Source: a virus
Taxonomy: Duplodnaviria; Caudoviricetes
Virus record (IMG/VR): IMGVR_UViG_3300046710_000261
Span: 64,001-128,000 of that record
DNA: 64,000 nucleotides
Direction: 5' to 3' (one strand)
Position numbers and translations under genes: made by a program. Of the stretch, positions 35,735-45,478 are shown one piece after another. How positions within the stretch are numbered: the stretch's first letter is position 1; each line of letters begins with the position of its first letter. Below the pieces are notes generated by a model, which had not been told where the DNA came from, searched no databases, and was given only the letters and a program-made list of their open reading frames with translations.

Positions 35735-36481
35735 ATGGCATTCATATGGCAATCAAGCGATTTGAAGGTAGACTTTGAAGAATATAAAAAAAGGTGTGTT
35801 CAAACTATGAAAGCAACAGAACCCAAACCCGTTGACCCGAAATATTTCAAGAGATGGATGGAAGAAATGACTGTCATGGTTGATCAAATACGGAAAGAAT
35901 ATGAGAGAAAAGAAAAATCATTATATAACAAAATGAAAAATACTGCTCCCATGCCTGATGTAGATTTTGATTATGCCAGAAGGGGAATGACAGTATTCAA
36001 TGGGAAAAATGGAAGAGTATGTTATTTGATAAAGGGAGAATATCGCCCCAAAATGGTTGATAATGCGTTTATTTCTTCTATTCAGGCGAAAAAAATGAGG
36101 CATGATATTTATTTTTTGGTTGAAATGGTAAAAAGCAAGATATACAGCATTTCAACCAGAAGAATAAAAGACCTTGCTTTTTTTGACCACTATCATCAAG
36201 CACATCCTGATTGTTGGGGTAGTTATCGGTGGCCAGAAGAAATTAATTCCCCTGAAGAATTATTTCATATAATAATAAATGCAGAGACTGTCTTGGAAAA
36301 TATCAATACACATTCTATTGCTCGCCGTGACCCAAAAGATTTACCAGAGATTGATGTTTTGAAAAAGAAATATTTGAGAAAAACACTAATAAACAAAAGG
36401 ATTGTGAAAAACAAATCAGCATGGTATAGCAGAAGCAGTTCAAGCGAATATGATGAATATGGTGATGGAGATGACTATTAA
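35735..36481 (+). CDS. Coiled-coil + putative E2-like (H...C) domain protein, paralogue 2
   Basis: FDHYHQAHPDCWG; shares PMPDV, LENINT.SIA.R.P, IDVL with paralogue 1. Confidence 0.5.
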   Translation: MAFIWQSSDLKVDFEEYKKRCVQTMKATEPKPVDPKYFKRWMEEMTVMVDQIRKEYERKEKSLYNKMKNTAPMPDVDFDYARRGMTVFNGKNGRVCYLIKGEYRPKMVDNAFISSIQAKKMRHDIYFLVEMVKSKIYSISTRRIKDLAFFDHYHQAHPDCWGSYRWPEEINSPEELFHIIINAETVLENINTHSIARRDPKDLPEIDVLKKKYLRKTLINKRIVKNKSAWYSRSSSSEYDEYGDGDDY

Positions 36482-36499
36482 AAGAAAGGAGAATGAAAA

Positions 36500-37087
36500 A
36501 TGACAATGTTGTATGATAGGCAAAAGGCTTTACAGTTGAGAACCCCATCTATTACCGTTGTAGGATGCGGTGGTATTGGATTTTGGGTTGGAAAATTTTG
36601 CGCCATGGCCGGGATAGAGACAATCCATTTATTCGACCCTGATACAATTGAAGATCATAATAGAAACCGATTGGATTTGACCGAAAAAGCAATCGGTGTA
36701 AATAAAGCACAAGTTCTCAAAGACCTTATCGTTGAATTGAGGCCCGAAGTGTCTTGCTATGCAATGCCTTTCAAATATCAGGAACATCTGGCCAAAAAAA
36801 CCGATTGGGTTATTGATTGCACCGATTTGTCAAAGTCCCAAGAAGAAAATTTGAAGATAGCCAAAAAATTCGGAAGCAAATATGTAAAAGCGGGTTATGA
36901 TGGAGAACATATCTCTATCAATAACAATTTGGCAGAATGGGGTGTTGCCGAAGATGGATATACAGTAATTCCGTCTTGGGTTGTTCCTGCTGTCATTGTC
37001 GCCGCGCTGACCGTAGCAAAAATTATGAAGTATGACAAAGAAGAAATTTCAACAACAATCCAAAGATTGTTTTCGTTAAAACATTAG
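36500..37087 (+). CDS. ThiF/MoeB/E1-like adenylyltransferase
   Basis: YDRQ, VVGCGGIG, FDPDTIE.HN.NRL, IGVNKA, VIDCTD. Confidence 0.9.
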   Translation: MTMLYDRQKALQLRTPSITVVGCGGIGFWVGKFCAMAGIETIHLFDPDTIEDHNRNRLDLTEKAIGVNKAQVLKDLIVELRPEVSCYAMPFKYQEHLAKKTDWVIDCTDLSKSQEENLKIAKKFGSKYVKAGYDGEHISINNNLAEWGVAEDGYTVIPSWVVPAVIVAALTVAKIMKYDKEEISTTIQRLFSLKH

Positions 37088-37099
37088 AAGGGGGATGCA

Positions 37100-39031
37100 A
37101 TGGGTGATCAGATGCCGATAAAGAAAGAGGTATTCGCGGGTATAAAAGAACTGGGAGAGAAAGAACCTAATACTTGGGTTTATTTGATCGGTGATGGTAA
37201 GACGGTCAGCTCTTTCAAAAAACTAACAGAATTTTCTGCTGTTCCAGCAGGGAATAAAATCATGGGAAAAATGCTGGCCGGCAGGGCAAACACCACAAAG
37301 GAAATAGAGTTGAAAAATTCTGAAAAGAAAGATGAAATCAGTCCTTCAGCCCCAAAAGAAGAAGTTAGAACATATACTGCCCATAGAGCAGGATTTCAGA
37401 CATTTAAGGGGGGAAAATTGGCAAGCGAAGCAGATTCGTGGGAAGTCAAGCTGGATTGTGTAACTTCTTGTAGCAAAGCACCATCGGAAAAGGAAGTCAA
37501 ACTTCAGCCTATTGTCAAAATGAAAATTGATTCCCTGATGAGTAAATATAAAAATCAGGAATGGCTTGCTTATTATGTTGGGCCAAAAGACCAATATATT
37601 GTCAACGATTTGGTAATTCCAGAGCAAAAGGCATCTTCTGCCCATGTAGGAGAGGTTGAATATTCCGTTCCAGAAGGTCAATGCGTTGTTGGAGTAATTC
37701 ATTCCCATCACAGCATGTTTAAGGATTTTTCAGGAACAGATGATGCCTGGATTAATCAAAACCACAATATCAGTACAGTTGTTACTCATACGGGAAGCAA
37801 GACCCGTTGCAGAGTAAAAACTCCTTGTGGTTCATTGATAATTGTTCCAGGTAAACTGAAGATGCTTTACAATGTTGAATTTGACGAAACTGAATTTATC
37901 AAACTCGCAGAAGAGAAAATCAATCCACCAACTACAGTATATAGTCAACCAGCACATGGGGTTTACGGACCTGAAATGTATGGCGACTATGACGCTAACT
38001 TTTTTCGGAACGGGGGGAGTGAAGAAGGACAAAAGTCTTCCACAACCTCCCCCACATCTGACGAAAAAACAACTGAAGAAGTGGAAAAAGAGACAAAGAA
38101 GAGTGATGAGACAACAGAAAAATTGGAAATGAACTGTCTCCATTACATGGATAATAAAGGATGCTCAAATAACAAGATTACAGGGCCATATTGCACCTAT
38201 TTCAATGGCTGTCCTCAATTCGAAAATAAGAATGGTGAGGTAGTAGATGAACAATCGAAGAAATGCTCTGATTATTACACAGCAGCACAATCATCTACAA
38301 AACCTCACGGGTGCCACAATAGAAATGTCACGGGTGTTGAATGTATAGGAAGAGGAAAGTGTGGAGTTTTCAGTTATAAATTCACACCACCTTCGCCCAC
38401 TCCTACTCTCGTCTCTGGCAATTCTGCAAAATTGTGTTATTATTTCTCAAAAGGCGATTGCCGCCACAATAAAGTAATGTCGAAGAAATGTTTGGGATGG
38501 TCTGCATGCGGAACGAACTTTTCCCCCAACAGAAAAATAGCGCAAGGAAATGGTAGTGGAAGTGATGATGAATCCATTACCTGCAAACATTATTTTGTTA
38601 CAAATGAAAGTCCAGCAGGAAGATGCCGTAACCAAAAGGTATCGGGTTTATTCTGCATAGGAAAAGATGATTGTAAATCCTATGAAAAACTTGGACCAAT
38701 TGTTCATATTCCAGTTGCGAATAAAGATGAATGGAATACAAACACACCAACATCTTCTATATCCGCAAAGAGAAACAAATATGAAGTAACATACAAAGGT
38801 ATAGGAAAAGATGCCAAGGAAAACACATTTATCATTGATGGGGAAACAGAAGAGATAGCAAAAGGTCAATTCTCTAAAATCTTTATTCCCAAAGATTATG
38901 AATTTGTGAGCATAAAAATAATGGAAGATGCCCCCGCATCTATCAAGCCCACTGTTCCTGTAGTAGAATCGAAAGTAACAGAAAGTGGAATACAACCGCA
39001 ACCAATACAGGAGTTCCCAGTAGTAGAATAA
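37100..39031 (+). CDS. JAB/MPN+ (JAMM) metalloprotease with four Cys4 repeats
   Basis: E(WLAY)...HSH-x7-S-x2-D (HSHHSMFKDFSGTD). Confidence 0.85.
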   Translation: MGDQMPIKKEVFAGIKELGEKEPNTWVYLIGDGKTVSSFKKLTEFSAVPAGNKIMGKMLAGRANTTKEIELKNSEKKDEISPSAPKEEVRTYTAHRAGFQTFKGGKLASEADSWEVKLDCVTSCSKAPSEKEVKLQPIVKMKIDSLMSKYKNQEWLAYYVGPKDQYIVNDLVIPEQKASSAHVGEVEYSVPEGQCVVGVIHSHHSMFKDFSGTDDAWINQNHNISTVVTHTGSKTRCRVKTPCGSLIIVPGKLKMLYNVEFDETEFIKLAEEKINPPTTVYSQPAHGVYGPEMYGDYDANFFRNGGSEEGQKSSTTSPTSDEKTTEEVEKETKKSDETTEKLEMNCLHYMDNKGCSNNKITGPYCTYFNGCPQFENKNGEVVDEQSKKCSDYYTAAQSSTKPHGCHNRNVTGVECIGRGKCGVFSYKFTPPSPTPTLVSGNSAKLCYYFSKGDCRHNKVMSKKCLGWSACGTNFSPNRKIAQGNGSGSDDESITCKHYFVTNESPAGRCRNQKVSGLFCIGKDDCKSYEKLGPIVHIPVANKDEWNTNTPTSSISAKRNKYEVTYKGIGKDAKENTFIIDGETEEIAKGQFSKIFIPKDYEFVSIKIMEDAPASIKPTVPVVESKVTESGIQPQPIQEFPVVE

Positions 39032-39065
39032 GAAGTCCATCTTATCTAAATCATAACTCCAATAA

Positions 39066-39102
39066 GACCATCTTAGAGATTTTTCTTTAAGATGGTTTTT
39101 TT
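39066..39102 (+). terminator. Intrinsic terminator ending the Ubl operon
   Basis: GACCATCTTA...TAAGATGGTT followed by T-run. Confidence 0.75.
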
Positions 39103-39116
39103 ATGCTCACAGAATT

Positions 39117-39124
39117 TATAAATA
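39117..39124 (+). promoter_or_regulatory. T4-type late promoter (TATAAATA)
   Basis: Exact consensus directly after the terminator, heading the 39.3-49.5 kb array. Confidence 0.65.
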
Positions 39125-39290
39125 ATATTGGATAAAAGGAATGTTATAAAAAGTGAAGTATAAAAGGGAAATAAAACATTCAAAAACACATTATAATAAT
39201 AATATGTATCACGACCGGCTGTGATAAATCTATTGTAGCATGTACGAAGGGAATTGTAAACATACTTTTTTAATGGGAGTTAAATTATAT

Positions 39291-39719
39291 ATGATAAAAG
39301 ATTATATTTTAGATAAAGATGATAAATCAGTTCGTGGATCATTTATTAATGGTATGATAACTATTTCAATTCTGGCTTGTACGGTATATGGATTATTATT
39401 TAGTGATCTTGTAACTGTTCGACTTGAGAAGTTAGCGACTTTTATTATTGGATTTTTTACATCAAGTTACGGTCTGTGGAGTTTAAAGAAACATATGGAT
39501 AGTAGATTAAACTCAGCAGAAAATATTGCTAATATAGAACAAGGAAATGTGCTTCCTAAAACACCTTCTCCTGTTCCAGGCCAGCCCCCACAACCTGTTG
39601 TTTATCAACAACCTCCTGATGCTTCTTGTGTTACTCAACCAGTAGGTTATGATCCAGGCCCAGGGGTTGTAAGCGAAGATGGTGTAAAGCCTCCTGGTGT
39701 TCTAAAGATTGATGGTTAA
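39291..39719 (+). CDS. Two-TM membrane protein with Pro-rich tail (holin-like)
   Basis: Two hydrophobic helices; late context. Confidence 0.5.
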   Translation: MIKDYILDKDDKSVRGSFINGMITISILACTVYGLLFSDLVTVRLEKLATFIIGFFTSSYGLWSLKKHMDSRLNSAENIANIEQGNVLPKTPSPVPGQPPQPVVYQQPPDASCVTQPVGYDPGPGVVSEDGVKPPGVLKIDG

Positions 39720-39722
39720 AAT

Positions 39723-40547
39723 ATGAAATGGTTGGATTTTATTGCTCCTGAAATGAATATTGCTTATGAAGTAATGAATAATCTTTATTACTTCAACAAA
39801 AGACTTTTTGATGCTGCGAGAAGATGTAATTTTTCTATTTCCTCATTAGGAGAAATTGGTGATACAAAAAACCATATTTACCTATTGAAACGACCAAAGG
39901 TAAATGGTGGAAACGGTCTTATTACATCGGGATTTCATGGAAATGAAATTGCTGGCCCTTGGGGCGTCGTGAGGTTTTTAGAAAATACCGATTTGAATAT
40001 ATTTGACAATATAAACGTTTCAATTATTCCCCTAGTAAATCCCATGGGGTTTAGAATGAATATGAGGCATGGGGGATATGGTGACGATTCTAACAGGGGA
40101 TATATAAAAACTGATGATATACAACATATTCCTCAATTGTCTAAAGAAGGAGAGATTTTGAGGTCACACGGGGCTATCTATAAAGACTTGGCCAAGGATG
40201 GGTTGATATGTCTCCACGAGAATCCTGGATACGATTTTGACTATTTCATATACGGATATGAAAAATCGGCAGAACCAGGAAATTTCACCAATCTATTCAG
40301 AGACATAGAAACCAAATATTTCCTTCCTTTTGGATTTGGTGAATCTCCAAGTAAATGCGATGCCGTGATTGATTCGATTGTTTTCAAAAGATTTGATGGT
40401 GGATTTCAGGATTGGCTTTTTAGAGAGGGCATGACAGACAGGGCCGTTGTTACGGAAACTCCTGGAAATCAACCATTGGAAAAACGATTGAAGTGTAATG
40501 TTGAGATGATTGAAGCATTCATAAATTGGATACGAGATAATACATGA
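39723..40547 (+). CDS. M14/succinylglutamate-desuccinylase-like zinc carboxypeptidase
   Basis: GFHGNE, NP.G, D.NR, LHE, TETP. Confidence 0.8.
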   Translation: MKWLDFIAPEMNIAYEVMNNLYYFNKRLFDAARRCNFSISSLGEIGDTKNHIYLLKRPKVNGGNGLITSGFHGNEIAGPWGVVRFLENTDLNIFDNINVSIIPLVNPMGFRMNMRHGGYGDDSNRGYIKTDDIQHIPQLSKEGEILRSHGAIYKDLAKDGLICLHENPGYDFDYFIYGYEKSAEPGNFTNLFRDIETKYFLPFGFGESPSKCDAVIDSIVFKRFDGGFQDWLFREGMTDRAVVTETPGNQPLEKRLKCNVEMIEAFINWIRDNT

Positions 40548-41173
40548 GACTAAATGAATTTTTAAGTAAAGAAGATTTTTCAAAGAAATCAGAAGAAATA
40601 TGCGATATATTAAGAAAAGAATGCTTTGATTTTATCGTGGAATCCAAAGGTCAATCTCTTTATAGGGCAACATATCAGCCTGTGAATCATTATAGATTAT
40701 TTCAATCTCATGTTAAAAGCGGTCGTGAGCCAAGAAATACACCACCAGAGGTTCATGATTATTTGAATGACTTGTTTATAGAACATCTTGGATGGAAGGA
40801 ACGAGATGGTGTTTCTACAATGGGGCATGAATCTGGTTATTATGGTTATGCGTATTTGTTTTTTCCTGTAGGCGAATATCAGTATGCTTGGGCAGATGAT
40901 ATTTATGATATATATATTAAAATAAATGATATTGCTGATGAGGTTACGGGCCAGAGATCTATTCCTCATCTCTTCTTTTTGGATAAGTATAAGGAAGAAG
41001 CAAAAATAAGATTACAACAATTAGTGAAATCATATAACGATGATAGACTTGCAGAAGCAATTCATCAAGATGCGGAAGTAGTTTTTAATTGTAAAGAATA
41101 TTATCTTGTCAGTCAAGTGTATTTGGAAGATATAAGAAAAGCTATGAAGGTTAGGAAGAAATATATAAAGTAG
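40544..41173 (+). CDS. ART-fold-like paralogue A1
   Basis: LYRA...R.P...GW..RDGVST...YG..YLFFP.G.Y.Y.W...AEVVFNC. Confidence 0.55.
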   Translation: MRLNEFLSKEDFSKKSEEICDILRKECFDFIVESKGQSLYRATYQPVNHYRLFQSHVKSGREPRNTPPEVHDYLNDLFIEHLGWKERDGVSTMGHESGYYGYAYLFFPVGEYQYAWADDIYDIYIKINDIADEVTGQRSIPHLFFLDKYKEEAKIRLQQLVKSYNDDRLAEAIHQDAEVVFNCKEYYLVSQVYLEDIRKAMKVRKKYIK

Positions 41174-41184
41174 AGGGATTATAG

Positions 41185-41763
41185 ATGAGATTGAATGAAT
41201 TTATATCAGAAAAAATGATGGATTTTCCTCATGTAAGGCAGAGCACAAATTACTCTTGTGGTGCAGCCGCTGTTCAATCAGTTATAGCATATTATGAAAA
41301 CGATATGCCGAGAGAAACCGAAGTGATGAAATGGCTTCATACCGTTCCCTGTGATGTGATGAATATCGGCTCGGCAATTCAATCCGTTATATCTTTTCTA
41401 ACAGAGCGTGGATATACTCTTGAACATAAGGAATATTTTACTATAGAAGAGGTTGTTCAATATATTCAACGGGACATTCCTGTAATTGTCCTGATGCAAG
41501 CATGGGCAGAGCAAAGACCAAAAGACTATTCTATGACATATACCGATGGTCACTATATTGTTGCTATCGGTTATAACTTATTTCAGAAGAGATTATTTTT
41601 CGCCGACCCGTCTTTGGAAACAAGGGGATGGCTGGATTTTGATGAATTGAATGCGAGATGGCATGCAGTTGACGAAACAGGGAAAAAAGTAGAACATTAT
41701 GGTTTTGCAGTTTCAGGAAAGAAACCAAATTTCAGTAATAAGGTAATTAAAAAAATAGAATGA
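41185..41763 (+). CDS. C39-like cysteine peptidase, paralogue of 136..774
   Basis: QSTNYSCGA, GHYIVAIGY, ADPS. Confidence 0.8.
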   Translation: MRLNEFISEKMMDFPHVRQSTNYSCGAAAVQSVIAYYENDMPRETEVMKWLHTVPCDVMNIGSAIQSVISFLTERGYTLEHKEYFTIEEVVQYIQRDIPVIVLMQAWAEQRPKDYSMTYTDGHYIVAIGYNLFQKRLFFADPSLETRGWLDFDELNARWHAVDETGKKVEHYGFAVSGKKPNFSNKVIKKIE

Positions 41764-42563
41764 GACTAAACAATTATTTGGAAGAAGAAAGACGAAGCAG
41801 AAGTGTTAGTGTTACGACGAAATGGGTGAAAGATTTCATTTCTCATAATGATAATTCTGTTGAATCTTCTTCATTATATAGAGGCATCAAAGGGGCAACA
41901 GAACCATATTATTTTACAGACCCATCTAAAGGGGAGAGAGGTTCACGAGACACCTTTATATTCTATGTGTTAATGATGGATAATTTTCCAGAATGGAAGG
42001 AATATCCAAAACGAAGCAAATCAATTATTATGGGAACGAGTGATGATGTTGCCTATTCTTATGGTACGGCTATATATAGAGTTTTTCCAGTAAATAATGC
42101 TAAAATAGCAATCTCCCCGAAATTTGATGTGTGGTCTGCTTTTGTCTTTTCTCTTGGCTCGGGAATTGAAACTTTTAGCATTGAATTGAATACTATTTTT
42201 GGTCTTTTTCGCGAAGAGATACACAAGGAACAAAAAATAACATATGAAGAATTATTGAAAAAATTTAGTATCGCGGATAGGCCCAGAAATAAAGAAAGAA
42301 TTAAAACATATTATCAAGAAATGAGTTTAGGCTTAATGCGCAGTAAAATATTTCATGATAAATCTGAATATATCAATACACCTAAACTTAAATTAGTGGA
42401 TGTTTTGAGAGAAAAAATTAGTCCTAAAAATAACAATTTTGAATTGATAACTCTGAATAAACATATGATTCTTCCTCCCAGACGGGAAGCGTGGACGGAT
42501 AGTGAATGTGTTCTGGTGAGCGTAAATTCTTTAAAAAATATTTTAGATCCATCATTGCTTTGA
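41760..42563 (+). CDS. ART-fold-like paralogue B1
   Basis: LYRG, W..YPKRSKSIIMGTS, YRVFP, REAWTDS.CVL. Confidence 0.55.
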   Translation: MRLNNYLEEERRSRSVSVTTKWVKDFISHNDNSVESSSLYRGIKGATEPYYFTDPSKGERGSRDTFIFYVLMMDNFPEWKEYPKRSKSIIMGTSDDVAYSYGTAIYRVFPVNNAKIAISPKFDVWSAFVFSLGSGIETFSIELNTIFGLFREEIHKEQKITYEELLKKFSIADRPRNKERIKTYYQEMSLGLMRSKIFHDKSEYINTPKLKLVDVLREKISPKNNNFELITLNKHMILPPRREAWTDSECVLVSVNSLKNILDPSLL

Positions 42564-42573
42564 GGGTTTTTAG

Positions 42574-43365
42574 ATGAGATTAAATAATTATATATTGGAA
42601 GATAAAGCAGATAAGTATACAATGATTTCTGAAAAGAAAGCAATGGAAATAGTCAAGGCCAAATGTTCCGATGCCCATAATAGTGATACGAGATTATTTA
42701 GGGGATTGAATAGAACCGATCCCGCCTTTATCTATAAGCCATCATTATCACCGAGACATTCAAAAATTAGAATAGAATTTTTGATGTTACTTGCCGACAA
42801 TCTTCCATCATGGAAAGAATATCCAAAAAGGTCATTATCTATTTCTACTATAACAGGGAAGATGGGGCCAGGTGAATTTGGTAGTGTTTTATATAGAGTG
42901 TATCCTTTTAATGGGGCGAAATTGGCGGTCTGCCCAGCAATAGATTTTAATCAGGGTTCATTTAAGAAATCTTTGGGTGATATAGGTGAAGCAAGACTAT
43001 TATATTATCTTCAAGATATATTTGACAAAATTTTTAATTTGAAGGGGAACATAGAAAAATGGACAGACTTTGTTAAAGTTTTAAGTCTATGTGATAAGAA
43101 TAAAGATAAGATTGAGAAGTGGTATAGAACAACACAGCCAGAATTGGTACAAAAATATTTTATAGACCATGTAAAATATTTTGGTAGGAATATCAGTTTT
43201 TTGGATGCTCTTGATGAAGCACTTGACCCTAAAAAGAATGGATTTCGTATTGCTAATATCAAAACACAAATTCCAGAGGGGAAGGAAGTGTGGACAGATT
43301 CGGATTGTGTTCTTATTTTTAAAGGAAAAGCAGAACGCCGAGGATTTTCGGAGTTGATAAAATGA
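42574..43365 (+). CDS. ART-fold-like paralogue B2
   Basis: LFRG, WKEYPKRSLSIST, YRVYP, KEVWTDSDCVL. Confidence 0.55.
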   Translation: MRLNNYILEDKADKYTMISEKKAMEIVKAKCSDAHNSDTRLFRGLNRTDPAFIYKPSLSPRHSKIRIEFLMLLADNLPSWKEYPKRSLSISTITGKMGPGEFGSVLYRVYPFNGAKLAVCPAIDFNQGSFKKSLGDIGEARLLYYLQDIFDKIFNLKGNIEKWTDFVKVLSLCDKNKDKIEKWYRTTQPELVQKYFIDHVKYFGRNISFLDALDEALDPKKNGFRIANIKTQIPEGKEVWTDSDCVLIFKGKAERRGFSELIK

Positions 43366-44174
43366 GATTAGAAAATTATCTTGAAGAAAAAATAAAATAT
43401 GATGATAAAACAAGGTCTTCAGTTTTGGATTTGGCAAAGGGCCGAGAATTTATTTATTCATCTTGCTCTAAAGCACTTGATGCTCCTTATGCTATATATA
43501 GAGATTCGGCCACAACAGGAGATGTTCTTCTTGTGGAACCATCAAAATATGAAAGATATTCTGCCAATACTTTTAATTATTATACGTTGATGATAGATAA
43601 TTTTCCAGAATGGCAAAAGTATCCCAAAAGAAGCAAATCAATCATTTGTTCTACAAACCCAATATATGCCGAAGCCTTTGGTGAAAACTTATATAAAGTG
43701 TTTCCTATTGATGGAGCAAGAATTGGAGTATGCCCTAATTCTGATATATGGCCAACAAATATTGGTGGTAAAGCCCAATTGAGCGACCTTGTTGAAGCTA
43801 TTGATGACTTATTGATTATTTTTTATAATAACATTTTACACGAGGCCAAACCCGAATTGATAGACAGGGATTATAATAAGTTTAAAAAAGCTATGGAACT
43901 TATTGATAAGAACTTTGAGAAATTTGCGCATGAGTACAAAAACACAGGGCAGGAATATTATTCTAAGAAATATTATTGTAAGATTTGGAATGAATTGAAA
44001 TATTTTTCCAAGAAGGTCTCTTCTATTGATTTTTTGCGAAAGATTTTCAATCCAGAGACATGTAAATTTGAATTGAAAACATCTGGTGATTCTCTTCCTC
44101 TTGATAGAGAAGTCTGGATTGAAGATAAATCTGTTTTAGTCAACAGGGATGTCTGGAAAAAAATATTTTATTAA
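43362..44174 (+). CDS. ART-fold-like paralogue B3
   Basis: IYRD, WQKYPKRSKSIICST, YKVFP, REVWIE. Confidence 0.55.
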   Translation: MRLENYLEEKIKYDDKTRSSVLDLAKGREFIYSSCSKALDAPYAIYRDSATTGDVLLVEPSKYERYSANTFNYYTLMIDNFPEWQKYPKRSKSIICSTNPIYAEAFGENLYKVFPIDGARIGVCPNSDIWPTNIGGKAQLSDLVEAIDDLLIIFYNNILHEAKPELIDRDYNKFKKAMELIDKNFEKFAHEYKNTGQEYYSKKYYCKIWNELKYFSKKVSSIDFLRKIFNPETCKFELKTSGDSLPLDREVWIEDKSVLVNRDVWKKIFY

Positions 44175-44188
44175 AATGAGGGCCGATT

Positions 44189-44914
44189 ATGAGACTTGGT
44201 GGATTTATAGACGAAATAAATGAAACTGAATTAATTCAAGAAAGCATAAATGACTTGGGTATATTCAAAGCTGTTTTTATGGCAGGCTTCCCTGGCGCAG
44301 GGAAAACATATGTCTTGACAAAAGTTAAATCGGGACAAATTGAACCGCGAATGGTTAGTGTTGATAGATATGTTGAATTTAAAGATCCCAATGGTAAAGA
44401 TTATATGGCGTTTTATGATAGATCAAAAACTGTAACAGCCACACAACTTCTTCTTTATATCAATTCTCTTCTTCCTCTTGCCGTTGATGTTACATCTTCA
44501 AAGTCAACCACGGTTATCAGAAGATATAATATTCTGGAAAATTTGGGTTATGATATGGGTATGATATTTGTAAATACTTCTGCCGAAACATCATGGGAGA
44601 GGATACAGCAAAGATCAAGAAAAGTTGATCGAGATAGTTTTTTAAGATACTATGATCAAATCCAAAAAACGAAGGAATTTCTAAAAGGTAAATTTCCATT
44701 TTATATAGAAGCGAAGAACGATACGGGGGAATTGACTGATGAGGTTGTTTTAGGATCATATAAGAAGGTTTCATATTTTTATGAATCAAGTATAAAAAAT
44801 CCAATTGGCCAGGGTTATTATAATTTAATGAAAAGTTATGGCTGGAAATATTTTACTCCCAATGTAATGCCCATGGCAGAATTGAAAAGTAAGATTGCTG
44901 ATTGGTATAAATGA
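44189..44914 (+). CDS. P-loop kinase (zeta-toxin/AAA_33-like)
   Basis: KAVFMAGFPGAGKT, D.T, GYD..MIFVNTS.E....R...R.R. Confidence 0.75.
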   Translation: MRLGGFIDEINETELIQESINDLGIFKAVFMAGFPGAGKTYVLTKVKSGQIEPRMVSVDRYVEFKDPNGKDYMAFYDRSKTVTATQLLLYINSLLPLAVDVTSSKSTTVIRRYNILENLGYDMGMIFVNTSAETSWERIQQRSRKVDRDSFLRYYDQIQKTKEFLKGKFPFYIEAKNDTGELTDEVVLGSYKKVSYFYESSIKNPIGQGYYNLMKSYGWKYFTPNVMPMAELKSKIADWYK

Positions 44915-44926
44915 TAGGAGATAAAA

Positions 44927-45478
44927 ATGACTTGTAAAAAATGTGAAATTGATAAATTATGGACAGACGAATATTTTTATAGAAGGTCAGACAATGGAAG
45001 ATTGAGAAAAATATGTAAAGAATGTGTTATTGATAATCAAAGACAATATAATTTGAAACATAGAGATGAACAATTAAATTATCTACATTTATATTACGAG
45101 AATAATAAAGGAGAAATGATTAAACAAATTATACAATGTGAAAAAAATCGTATTCAAAGTGATATACAATTCAAAGTAATTAAAAGATTAAGAAGTCGTA
45201 TGTATTCAGCATTAAAAGGAAATTGGAAATTTGGTCATACAATTGAATTACTTGGATGTTCTATTGATGAATTCAAAAAATATTTTAAAGAGAAATTTCA
45301 GCTTGGAATGAATTGGGATAATTATGGTAAATGGCATATTGATCATGTAAGACCATGTGCTTTATTTGATATGAGCAAAGAAGAAGAACAGAGAAAATGT
45401 TTTCATTATACCAATCTTCAACCATTGTGGGCAAAAGATAATATTTGTAAGGGAGGAAAAATAAAAAATGAAATTTAA
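44927..45478 (+). CDS. HNH endonuclease (probable homing endonuclease)
   Basis: N-terminal CKKC...CKEC; LLGCS, MNWDNYG.WHIDHVRP, CFHYTNLQPLW. Confidence 0.8.
   Translation: MTCKKCEIDKLWTDEYFYRRSDNGRLRKICKECVIDNQRQYNLKHRDEQLNYLHLYYENNKGEMIKQIIQCEKNRIQSDIQFKVIKRLRSRMYSALKGNWKFGHTIELLGCSIDEFKKYFKEKFQLGMNWDNYGKWHIDHVRPCALFDMSKEEEQRKCFHYTNLQPLWAKDNICKGGKIKNEI

Noticed and set aside
34343-37087. ThiS/ThiF or MoaD/MoeB sulfur-carrier pathway
   Set aside because: No thiG, moaE, cysteine desulfurase, rhodanese or thiouridylase nearby; conserved-Cys paralogues plus JAB fit conjugation better, though this is not excluded experimentally
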